47,670 bases of DNA from an uncultured Planctomycetia bacterium (GTDB lineage: Bacteria > Planctomycetota > MHYJ01 > CAYXQY01). Numbering within the stretch: the stretch's first letter is position 1; the number at the start of each line of letters is the position of its first letter. Where the stretch lies: NCBI GenBank assembly GCA_964594615.1, contig CAZQNZ010000003.1, positions 1-47,670 on the forward strand, given 5' to 3'. The position numbers were made by a program, and so were the translations under genes. Of the stretch, positions 8,595-16,870 are shown piece by piece. The notes below the pieces were generated by a model. That model was not told the DNA's origin. It saw only the letters and a list, made by a program, of their open reading frames with translations, and made no database searches.

Positions 8595-9293
8595 TTACCC
8601 GGGGGGCGTCGCTTCGTCCTCGTCTTCGTCGACCGGGTATTTCGGTCCGCTGAAGGTATCCGAGAGGTACGGGTCCTCGTCGTTATTTGCGTCTTTCGGC
8701 GTGCTGTTACCGTCTTCCGTTCCGGGAGCGGTCTGGTCGCTCACGCCGCCCATGACGATCTCGAAGTAGGGGGAATTCTCCGAGGTATCTGTGTCGATGA
8801 TCTCCGTCCATCGCTCTTTCAATATGCTTCGAACATGTTCCACGACGTCTTTGAACTTCGTTTTTTCAAATGTGGTGACCGTTGTTCGTATGTGAATCTT
8901 TCCATCCGGGTCCGCTGTTTCCTTCATCACGTCGACGCTGGCGTCACTGATTTCCGCGAGCGCTTCAACGGCACGTTCCAGCGTGTCCTCCACCGCTTTC
9001 ACGGCGATCGACACCTCGCCGTCCTCCGTCTCCGACCGCAGATGCGTGTGGTACCGAGCCGAGCCGAGGCAGGAAACCAGGCAATACACGTTCAGGAAGA
9101 GCAGGACAAAGGCGGAGATGCCGAGGACAAGGCGAGGTCGCACGAGGACTTCGGTGACCCGTTCTTTGATCAGCGAGAGTTCAGGAAGTCCAGCGGGGTT
9201 GGCCGCCCAGGCAAGTAGGGTAGCGAGGACGACAAATGCAATGACTCCATTAATCGTTCGAATGCACCGGCCGATCAGAGAGGTTGTTTTCAT
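8595..9293 (-). CDS. AmaP/Asp23-like membrane anchor protein
   Basis: Two N-terminal TM helices then TEDGEVSIAVKAVEDTL..EISDASVDV (Asp23-like segment); directly downstream of accC; acidic tail. Confidence 0.6.
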   Translation of the reverse strand: MKTTSLIGRCIRTINGVIAFVVLATLLAWAANPAGLPELSLIKERVTEVLVRPRLVLGISAFVLLFLNVYCLVSCLGSARYHTHLRSETEDGEVSIAVKAVEDTLERAVEALAEISDASVDVMKETADPDGKIHIRTTVTTFEKTKFKDVVEHVRSILKERWTEIIDTDTSENSPYFEIVMGGVSDQTAPGTEDGNSTPKDANNDEDPYLSDTFSGPKYPVDEDEDEATPPG

Positions 9294-9308
9294 GTCTGTT
9301 ATCGCTGG

Positions 9309-10658
9309 TTATGAAAGGAGTTCTTCCTCAAGAAAATTCGTATGGATTTCCCCGCGCAGGAAACTCACGTTGCGCATAATCTTTTTCTGCAGGGGAATGG
9401 TGGTTTTGATCATGGCCCCTTCAATGGTAAATTCGTCCAGGGCGCGTTTCATGACGGAGATGGCTTCGGATCGTGTGTTGTCATGCGTGATCAGTTTGCC
9501 GATCAGGGAGTCGTAGAACGGGGGGATCGTGCAACCCGAGTAGCAGTGGGAGTCCAGTCGGACACCCCGTCCTCCGGGGGGATCAAACGTGTCAATCTGT
9601 CCCGGACACGGATTGAAGCCGCTGGAGGGGTCCTCGGCGTTAATCCGGCATTCCATGGACCAGCCATTCAGTTCGACGTCCTCCTGTGAGAAACGGAGCG
9701 GCTCACCAGAAGCGATGCGGATCTGTTCTTTGACGATGTCGATGCCCGTGACCATTTCCGTGATGGTGTGTTCCACCTGCAGCCGCGCATTGACTTCAAG
9801 GAAATAAAAGTTATCGTCCTTGTCCAGCAGGAACTCGACCGTTCCGGCGTTGGAATAGTCCGCCGCGCGGGCGAGGTCAAGGGCCGCGTTTCCGATTTCC
9901 TCACGGAGTGCGTCGTCCACCACCGGAGACGGCGTTTCCTCCACCACCTTCTGATGATTGCGCTGCAAGCTGCACTCTCGTTCCCCCAGGTGCACGTAGT
10001 TATCGTGTTCATCTCCCAGAATCTGGATTTCAATGTGCCGGGCGTCTTCGACGAACTGTTCGATGTAAAGCTCGGAGTTGTCGAACGCCGCCTCGGCTTC
10101 CGAGCTGGCGGCGTGAAAGCCGTTGACGAGGCTCATGTCGTTATGCGCGAGACGCATGCCTTTCCCACCTCCTCCACCGGCGGCTTTGATCATCACGGGA
10201 TAACCGATTCGGTGGGCTTCGTCGAGCGCCTCCTGTTCTTCGTGAACAGGGCCCTGGGATCCTTCCACAACGGGAACGCCGACTTCCCGGGCGAGCTCCC
10301 GAGCTTTCGACTTGTCTCCGACGGCGTCGCTGGCTTCCGGGGAGGGCCCGATGAACCCAATGTTGCAGGATCGACAAACCTCGGCGAAGTGGCTGTTCTC
10401 GGAAAGAAATCCGTAGCCCGGATGAATGGCTTCAACGTCGGACACTTCCGCGGCACTGATGATCTTGGAGATGTCCAGATAACTTTCGGACGCGTTTTCG
10501 GGGCCGACGCAGACCGTGTCGTCCGCGAGGTCGAGGTACCGCTGATCCTCGTCCGCCTGAGAGTAGATGGCAACGACTTCGATGCCGAGTTCTTTGCAGG
10601 CTCGAATGATACGGAGTGCGATTTCTCCGCGGTTAGCGACCAGAATTCGTGATAGCAT
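9309..10658 (-). CDS. accC: Acetyl-CoA carboxylase, biotin carboxylase subunit
   Basis: ILVANRGEIA, HPGYGFLSEN, GGGGKGMR, RECSLQR, EVNARLQVEH, YDSLIGKLI. Confidence 0.97.
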   Translation of the reverse strand: MLSRILVANRGEIALRIIRACKELGIEVVAIYSQADEDQRYLDLADDTVCVGPENASESYLDISKIISAAEVSDVEAIHPGYGFLSENSHFAEVCRSCNIGFIGPSPEASDAVGDKSKARELAREVGVPVVEGSQGPVHEEQEALDEAHRIGYPVMIKAAGGGGGKGMRLAHNDMSLVNGFHAASSEAEAAFDNSELYIEQFVEDARHIEIQILGDEHDNYVHLGERECSLQRNHQKVVEETPSPVVDDALREEIGNAALDLARAADYSNAGTVEFLLDKDDNFYFLEVNARLQVEHTITEMVTGIDIVKEQIRIASGEPLRFSQEDVELNGWSMECRINAEDPSSGFNPCPGQIDTFDPPGGRGVRLDSHCYSGCTIPPFYDSLIGKLITHDNTRSEAISVMKRALDEFTIEGAMIKTTIPLQKKIMRNVSFLRGEIHTNFLEEELLS

Positions 10659-10661
10659 TGA

Positions 10662-11279
10662 TCAATCCGTTTTGATCTCAAATAGGGGTTCGTCAAAGTC
10701 GACGGCCTCCCCGTCGTTGACAAGGATGCGTTTCACCGTGCCTGTCATTTCCGCTTTTATTTCGTTCATGACCTTCATTGCTTCGATGATACAGACAACG
10801 GTGTCATCGTCAATCTCATCTCCTTCCTCCACGTAGGGGTCCGCTTCCGGTGACGAGGCCCGGTAGAAGGTCCCGACGAGAGGGGATTTGATCACTTCAA
10901 CGTCTTCGTCCTGCTGTGTTCCGGACTGCTGGTCCGACGACTGCTCCTGCTGTCCGGTTGCGGACGGTGCACCGCCTCCCTGAGCACCACCTCCGGCTGC
11001 GCCGGGTTGAGATTGATGGGCTGCGGGTGCGGGCGCCGGAGCTGCAGGCGGATTCTGCGGTTGTTCCACCTGCTGCTTTTTTAGCCGAATCCGACGGTCG
11101 GTATCCTCAAATTCGACCTCCGCCAGATCGTGCTCGTCCATCAGGATGACGAGGTCCGTGATGTCCTCATACTCCTCTTCGGTCAATGCCGAAGAAGGAT
11201 CCCGGTCGGATTCGGTTTTCTGCTCTTCGGATTGCTGATCTTCGTTTTCCAAGACATCAACACCCTCTGAATCTACCAT
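10662..11279 (-). CDS. accB: Acetyl-CoA carboxylase, biotin carboxyl carrier protein (start uncertain)
   Basis: KSPLVGTFY, biotinylation motif EAMKVMNEI, Pro/Ala/Gln-rich linker; upstream of accC. Confidence 0.95.
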   Translation of the reverse strand: MVDSEGVDVLENEDQQSEEQKTESDRDPSSALTEEEYEDITDLVILMDEHDLAEVEFEDTDRRIRLKKQQVEQPQNPPAAPAPAPAAHQSQPGAAGGGAQGGGAPSATGQQEQSSDQQSGTQQDEDVEVIKSPLVGTFYRASSPEADPYVEEGDEIDDDTVVCIIEAMKVMNEIKAEMTGTVKRILVNDGEAVDFDEPLFEIKTD

Positions 11280-11337
11280 ATCCGATTGCACTCAAAAAAT
11301 TCATGAATAGGTTTGTCCGCCCGATTGCCTGTAGATC

Positions 11338-11464
11338 AAAATCGAACCCGGTCAACCCCTGTGGCTCCGTGACGACACAGGTTAACGGTCCATCCTCTGG
11401 CCCGGGTGTACGGACTCAGGTCCTTCCACACGCTTGACTGCGGGAAGGACGAATACCCGATTTT
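11338..11464 (-). ncRNA. Candidate structured 5' leader (four-way junction) of accBC
   Basis: Three consecutive hairpins enclosed by AAAAUCGGGU/GUUCGAUUUU; G.U pairs favour the minus strand. Confidence 0.35.
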
Positions 11465-11662
11465 TCCGAATCTGACTTATGTTAAGGTATTCAGACGGTT
11501 GGTTTCCAACCAAACCGTAGCAAAAACACCTGGTTTCTTCTCAACAGCGGATGCAAAAGCGTATTCATCAACCCCGCTTCAAGAAGTTCCGAACCGTCGC
11601 TTCCATCATCTATTGTCGGGATTCTGGTGGTGAAACTGAAGTTTTTTCAGATCGGACCGGGT

Positions 11663-12727
11663 TCAGGAGTCCGCTCTCAGGTCGTCCGGGAACAAAAGTT
11701 CGCCGGATCTCTTGTCGCCGGTCAGCTGTTTTCCGATCACGCCATCCCGCTGTCGAACCGGGATGCCCTCGGCCGGTCTCAGGGCGGTAAGGTCCTCCGG
11801 TTGAAGCTCGGTTCCCGCCTCCCTGCTGTGCCGGACGGCCAGGCTTCGCATAAGGTGCGGTCGGAGGTCCCGTTCCGTCTGGGACATCTCTTTTTCTCCG
11901 GATCCGAGGGCGTTTTCCACCTTCCGAATACGCTGGATGAAGGTATGGAACCGTTCCGGTTCGAGACCGATGATGTGATCGGGTCCGTCTGCATCACGGT
12001 CGAGTGTGAGGTGTCTGACGATGATCCCGGCACCAAGCGCGACCGCCATCTCCGCCGCCTGAAAGCCGGTGGTGTGATCCGAGAACCCGATGGTTTGTTC
12101 ATATCGATTGTCGTAGTGTGTAATGGTGTGCAGGTCCAGATCGTCCTTCCCGGCCGGGTAACAACAGGCCTGGTACAGCAGAAGCAGGGAACCGGTCGAT
12201 GTGGAGTCGGTCAAACGGGTGATTACCTGATCGACCTCATCCAGTGTATGCAGACCGGTGGAGAGCAGCACCGGAAGGCCTGTGTCAGCGCACGCATCGA
12301 CGAGCGCTGTGAATGTCAGGTCCCCCGCCTCAATTAGCAGGCCGGACCATTCGTGAGGGGATAGTTCCGACAGGCTGTCCGTATCCCGTGGGGCGGGAAT
12401 TACGTCGAGTCCTCGCTCATCGGCAAAAGAAAACAGTTCGTGCACCGTTTCCGGTGCCAGCTCGTAGCGTCCGAGCATGTTTCGGGGAGATCCGGAGGGG
12501 TGCCCCAGGTGATCTCGGCGTCCCGGAGCCAGCTCCGCCTGTTCGGAGACCACCGCGTCCGTGTGGTAAACGGGTAGTGCGACCGCATCCGCTCCTGCTG
12601 CGTCCGCCTGTCGAATCAGTTGACGGGCTTCCGAGGCCCGTCCATTGTGGTTTAGACCGAGGTGAGCGACGATGTAAGACGGTATTCCGTTCCCGTCCGG
12701 GTTGGATCGAAGTGTGTGGTCATTCAT
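11663..12727 (-). CDS. NeuB/SpsE-family (N-acetylneuraminate synthase-like) protein with C-terminal SAF domain and degenerate active site
   Basis: GLNHNG, AGADAV, LLSTG, GFSDHT, HLTLDR..GPDH, RPAEGIP; several usually invariant Glu/Lys/Gln residues are substituted. Confidence 0.85.
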   Translation of the reverse strand: MNDHTLRSNPDGNGIPSYIVAHLGLNHNGRASEARQLIRQADAAGADAVALPVYHTDAVVSEQAELAPGRRDHLGHPSGSPRNMLGRYELAPETVHELFSFADERGLDVIPAPRDTDSLSELSPHEWSGLLIEAGDLTFTALVDACADTGLPVLLSTGLHTLDEVDQVITRLTDSTSTGSLLLLYQACCYPAGKDDLDLHTITHYDNRYEQTIGFSDHTTGFQAAEMAVALGAGIIVRHLTLDRDADGPDHIIGLEPERFHTFIQRIRKVENALGSGEKEMSQTERDLRPHLMRSLAVRHSREAGTELQPEDLTALRPAEGIPVRQRDGVIGKQLTGDKRSGELLFPDDLRADS

Positions 12728-12756
12728 GGGAGACCATCCGGGAACGGGGGGGAGGT

Positions 12757-13041
12757 TCAGGACATCTCAGTCACGAATTCTTCCATGGGAATGGCCGGAT
12801 GGCTTTCACTATTGGTGTTCAACCGGGTGCCGAGTTCGACGGACATCCGGGCCACCGTTTCGTTATCGTCGGCATCGATAATGGTCAGGAAATCGTACGA
12901 GCCAAGCAGGGCGTACTGATCAATGACTTCCCCCCCAAGGCTCTCCACCTCCTGCCGGACGTCCTGCAGGATGGACGGATCTTCCTTGATTCGTTCCACT
13001 CCACCTTCGTCAAGTTCACTTAAAACAACGTACTTAGCCAT
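12757..13041 (-). CDS. GYD domain-containing protein
   Basis: 94 aa; ESLGGEVIDQYALLGSYDFLTI matches the GYD-family pattern. Confidence 0.85.
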   Translation of the reverse strand: MAKYVVLSELDEGGVERIKEDPSILQDVRQEVESLGGEVIDQYALLGSYDFLTIIDADDNETVARMSVELGTRLNTNSESHPAIPMEEFVTEMS

Positions 13042-13135
13042 ATGATCACGCTCCGGTAATCGAATTGAGAAAAACGATCGAAATTACTCCAGACAATGCA
13101 GGATGTTCGACTGTCGGCCAGGGTTTCATTTCTCC

Positions 13136-13164
13136 ATTATACGAGAGGGCTCAGGCGTGGTCAA
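13136..13164 (-). promoter_or_regulatory. sigma70-type promoter for the GYD-neuB-like unit
   Basis: TTGACC-17 nt-TATAAT on the minus strand. Confidence 0.7.
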
Positions 13165-13308
13165 TTCTTGAACGGTACGGGTTGTGGAGGAGGGTCCGGC
13201 CGACAGGCGTTGCGGAATTTATTTTCAGGGGGCAAGTGTCATTTAATACGTAGGAGCAGTTTTTTCTGAATTCGCCCCGGTCATCGTGTTGGTTCACAGG
13301 GAAGACCC

Positions 13309-14316
13309 ATGGCGCTTCGAATGGTTGAAATCATGATTCCGGACACGCAGCGCGAAGCGCTAAAGACCGAGTTGGAACGCTTGGAGCTGGAAGAAATCTG
13401 GGAGGAAGAGCTCCTTGAGGAGACGTTTCGTGTGCGTATTCTGTTTTCCGCCAACAAGGTGGAGCCGGTCACGGACAAACTTCAGCAGCGGTTCTCCAAC
13501 GTGAAACGGTTTCGCATGGTGATTTCACCGGTCGAAGCCACGATTCCCCGCCCGGAACCGGAAGGAGAAAATGAGGAAGACGAAGCTGAGGAAGATAGCA
13601 CGTCAACGGCCCAGGTCAGCCGGGATGAATTGCACGCGGAGTTGAGCGACGCCGTCCGGACGTCCCGGTCGTTCTTTGTCATGCTCGTACTCTCCGGCGT
13701 CGTGGCGGCGTTCGGTTTCTACCGCAACAACATTGCTCTGCTGATCGGCGCAATGGTGATTGCCCCCATCATCGGCCCGAACGTCGGCCTTGCATTTGCC
13801 ACCACTATCGGCGACGTACAGCTATTGTTTCGTTCACTGGTATCCACGCTCCTCGGTGCTGCATGTGTGTTTGGTGCGGTGGCGGCCATCGGTCTGATTC
13901 AGCCGGTAAACCTTGAGCAGTTATCCCATCTGCAAACGTTCACCGAGATCGGCTACGGGGACCTGGTACTGGGCATGTGTGCCGGCGCTGCGGGGACGCT
14001 TACCTACACTCGGAACTTTTCGACCTCCCTTGTCGGGGTGATGGTTGCAGTGGCACTGTTGCCACCGATGGCGGCCAGTGGGTTACTGCTGGGCAGCCAG
14101 TATTACCCGGAAGCGGGTATGGCCATGCTCCTGGCGATCAACAACATCATTTCCATCATAGTTGCATCAAATGTCACGTTTCTCCTGCAGGGCATCCGCC
14201 CGATCGACTGGTGGCAGAAAGAAGGCACACGCAAGATGACCCTGGTTGCGATGTCGATGTGGGCAATGTTGTTGTTGCTTCTCATTGCGGTGACGTATTT
14301 CCTGCAGGTTGGTTGA
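13309..14316 (+). CDS. TIGR00341/DUF389 family membrane protein
   Basis: IGAMVIAPIIGP, LVGVMVAVALLPP, about 7 TM segments, N-terminal soluble domain. Confidence 0.9.
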   Translation: MALRMVEIMIPDTQREALKTELERLELEEIWEEELLEETFRVRILFSANKVEPVTDKLQQRFSNVKRFRMVISPVEATIPRPEPEGENEEDEAEEDSTSTAQVSRDELHAELSDAVRTSRSFFVMLVLSGVVAAFGFYRNNIALLIGAMVIAPIIGPNVGLAFATTIGDVQLLFRSLVSTLLGAACVFGAVAAIGLIQPVNLEQLSHLQTFTEIGYGDLVLGMCAGAAGTLTYTRNFSTSLVGVMVAVALLPPMAASGLLLGSQYYPEAGMAMLLAINNIISIIVASNVTFLLQGIRPIDWWQKEGTRKMTLVAMSMWAMLLLLLIAVTYFLQVG

Positions 14317-14373
14317 TGCGCCAAGCGGACTCGCAAACCAACGGGTGTAGTAAATTGGTCTTCGTGGACAAGC

Positions 14374-14403
14374 TTGAAAAAATATGTAGATTGAAGATAA
14401 AAT
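14374..14403 (+). promoter_or_regulatory. Possible sigma70-type promoter
   Basis: TTGAAA-18 nt-TAAAAT upstream of the receiver-like gene. Confidence 0.4.
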
Positions 14404-14539
14404 TTGGTACCAATTCTCTTGAATGGGCGGACGTTCAGTTCAGTTAGCGGTTTCATTTGTCCGGGGGGAAAGCACTGGAAACCGCAGTTGCCGTGCGATG
14501 CCGAATGGGTTTTTGCTTCGATCACCTGGAGGAATTTCT

Positions 14540-14926
14540 ATGCTACGTTCAAAAGTTCTGGTTGTTGACCCCGTGACGGATCACTGGAAGAAGGTAAGTT
14601 TTCCCGTGACCGACGGTCAGGTCGAATTGCAGGTTCTTGACGACGGTCTCGATGCATACATGGAATGCGAACAGAGCGATTTCGAAACGCTTTTGATCCG
14701 GGCGGACATGCCCGGCGTTTCGGGCGAGGAGCTGGCCCGTACCGTTCTCAATAAGCAACCGGATACGAGAGTGGTGCTGTTTGGATGTGATGAACCGGGG
14801 GAGGAGGTGGGTGACTCGCTATCATCCCTCCACACGGAACATGTGTCGAGACAGCCCACGTCTCCCGAAGAAGCGAGTCAGTTGCTCCAGGAGGTGGTGG
14901 GAAATATGTCTCCTGCCGCCACGTAA
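14540..14926 (+). CDS. Stand-alone atypical (pseudo-)receiver domain protein
   Basis: ATG after GGAGG; KVLVVD..DGLDA..LLIRADMPGVSGEELAR..PDTRVVLF is a CheY-like pattern lacking the phospho-Asp. Confidence 0.75.
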   Translation: MLRSKVLVVDPVTDHWKKVSFPVTDGQVELQVLDDGLDAYMECEQSDFETLLIRADMPGVSGEELARTVLNKQPDTRVVLFGCDEPGEEVGDSLSSLHTEHVSRQPTSPEEASQLLQEVVGNMSPAAT

Positions 14927-14992
14927 TCGCTGTCAGCTATTTCAGCCTCTTGTCCGATTCACTCCGTCTCTCCGCCAGCAGATTGGAGCGAT

Positions 14993-15619
14993 TCACATCT
15001 CCATCACGGTGTGAAGGTCGTCGATGATCATGCGGGACCAGCTTTCGAACTGCTCGGGCATGTCGTTGCGACGTTGAATGAGTTCGTCCGCGGTACGAAA
15101 ACGCCCTTCCATGTTTTCCGTTTCCCGGATGTCGACAGGTGTGTCGCCGAAATCAATTCGGTAGGTCAATCCGAAGTGGACCGATCCGACGTCGTTTGAA
15201 TCGTCGTTGACGATCCCGGCGAACTGAGAAGTGTATGAACCGTCGAACTGAAGTTCCTCCTGCAATTCCCGTGCGATGCCCGCCTCCAGCAGGGAGTGAT
15301 CCTGGTCTCCGGCGTCCACGGGGTTTAGATGACCGCCCAATCCGATACTGAAGAGGGAATGCAGCCGTTCCTCACTCTGTTCTTCCAGCCGCTCCACTTC
15401 CAGAATGCGTCCGTCACGGTTGATCAGAAGATACGGAATAATCTGTTTCAGCGAGGATGTTTGTTCAGCCTTGCTCCGCTGAAGGTAATATCCGTCTTCC
15501 CGGGCCCGTTCCCGAAACCCGGATACCCGGTCCTTGTTGTTGCCGCAGCAGGCATGAAATCCCTGTGGATAACGAAGGTCGAACAGGTCCTCCCGGGAGA
15601 TGGCATAGACAAATTCCAT
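14993..15619 (-). CDS. Predicted NUDIX-family phosphoesterase (COG4112/YmaB-like)
   Basis: KQIIPY, E.RLH..SIGLGGHLNP.D, RELQEEL, NDDSNDVGSVHFG, ESWS. Confidence 0.88.
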   Translation of the reverse strand: MEFVYAISREDLFDLRYPQGFHACCGNNKDRVSGFRERAREDGYYLQRSKAEQTSSLKQIIPYLLINRDGRILEVERLEEQSEERLHSLFSIGLGGHLNPVDAGDQDHSLLEAGIARELQEELQFDGSYTSQFAGIVNDDSNDVGSVHFGLTYRIDFGDTPVDIRETENMEGRFRTADELIQRRNDMPEQFESWSRMIIDDLHTVMEM

Positions 15620-15758
15620 GGTTACAGGTGGAAATCAGTGTGTTTTGTTTTTAAAACGACACGAAGCGGGACGCATTAACACGGGATGAGTTTAAAATTT
15701 CAACAATTGCTACGTACGGCTCCTCGTTGACGAAACGAGCTGCCGGTGGAGGGACTGA

Positions 15759-16211
15759 ATGACCCGGCGTGGAATGTTGATCATCATGACAATCGGTGCG
15801 CTGGGATTGGTGCTCATGCTGATCATGCTGCAGCAGGCACTGGTAAACACCCGGCGGATTGGACCCCTGCTGCAACTGCGCCGACAGATTGAGCAGACGT
15901 TCGAGGTGGAGGGGGTGAAGGTCCGTCGCAACCAGGTATCGTCAATGGACGGCGAACCGTCCGGACAGGAGGGAAAACGGTTCTGGATTGTCGTTCGGAT
16001 GAAGGTCCCCTCATCCAAACGAGATGACGAGACATTTGCCAGGACGATGATCGATGAGGTGGAACGGATGTACGAGGGAGATCGACGAAACGTCCACGGG
16101 TATCGTCTGGAATTTCTGTCCTCCGGGGATCCTCCATCGGTCAAGCTTCTGGTGAAGAAAACCCGTGGCCCGGCCCCAACCACCGTGACGCGTCCCGGGA
16201 AACATCCGTAG
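15759..16211 (+). CDS. Hypothetical membrane-anchored protein
   Basis: ATG after GGAGG; N-terminal hydrophobic helix; basic soluble domain. Confidence 0.65.
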   Translation: MTRRGMLIIMTIGALGLVLMLIMLQQALVNTRRIGPLLQLRRQIEQTFEVEGVKVRRNQVSSMDGEPSGQEGKRFWIVVRMKVPSSKRDDETFARTMIDEVERMYEGDRRNVHGYRLEFLSSGDPPSVKLLVKKTRGPAPTTVTRPGKHP

Positions 16212-16414
16212 CTCACCTCGTGGTAACACGGATTCCGTGCACGAGTCAGGAATTTCGACGGGGGAAGCGGTGATGCGAAGGATGCACGGTGGTCGTTTGG
16301 AAGGAGTGCATCTGCCGTGTTTACTGTGCTCGGGATTCCGGCGGTAGCTCCGGTGATGGGTTCCGCTTGTTTCCGAATGTCCGGAACGGAGGTATCAGCC
16401 CGGAGCGTAAGAAA

Positions 16415-16870
16415 TTATTCCACGGTGTTCTGGTCTTCTTCGATAGGAATTTTGTTTACGCGGCGCTCGTGACGTCCCCCGTCAAACGGGGTGTTGAGCC
16501 ACTTCTTTAACCAGCGCTTGAAGTCGGCCAGTCGATGGCGTCGGGCACCGAAGCAGATGACATTTGTTTTCGTGTGCCGCCGACTCATTTCGGCGATGTA
16601 CTCATCCGTGCAGGAGAAGGCCCGTACACCGGGGTGTTTATTCGCGGTCATCACCATTCCCGCAGACGTCCCACAGATCAGCACCCCCCGGTCACACGAA
16701 CCATCGCTAACCGCTTCGGCGAGCGGATGAGCGAAATCGGGGTAGTCACATGGTTCATCATCGGAGGGGCCAAAATCCATTGTTTCATGATTGAGCTCCT
16801 CCTCGACGTACGATTGGAGTTCCTGTTTCTCGTCGTATCCGGCGTGGTCCGATCCAAATCCGATCATCAT
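16415..16870 (-). CDS. rpiB: Ribose-5-phosphate isomerase B
   Basis: GSDHAG, DYPD, GVLICGT, ANKHPGVRA, FDGGRHERRV. Confidence 0.95.
   Translation of the reverse strand: MMIGFGSDHAGYDEKQELQSYVEEELNHETMDFGPSDDEPCDYPDFAHPLAEAVSDGSCDRGVLICGTSAGMVMTANKHPGVRAFSCTDEYIAEMSRRHTKTNVICFGARRHRLADFKRWLKKWLNTPFDGGRHERRVNKIPIEEDQNTVE

Noticed and set aside
7785-8769. ORFs overlapping ssrA
   Set aside because: Shadow frames of the tmRNA and the amaP-like gene.
15564-15572. Perfect DnaA box (TGTGGATAA)
   Set aside because: A single copy inside the NUDIX CDS; compatible with chance.
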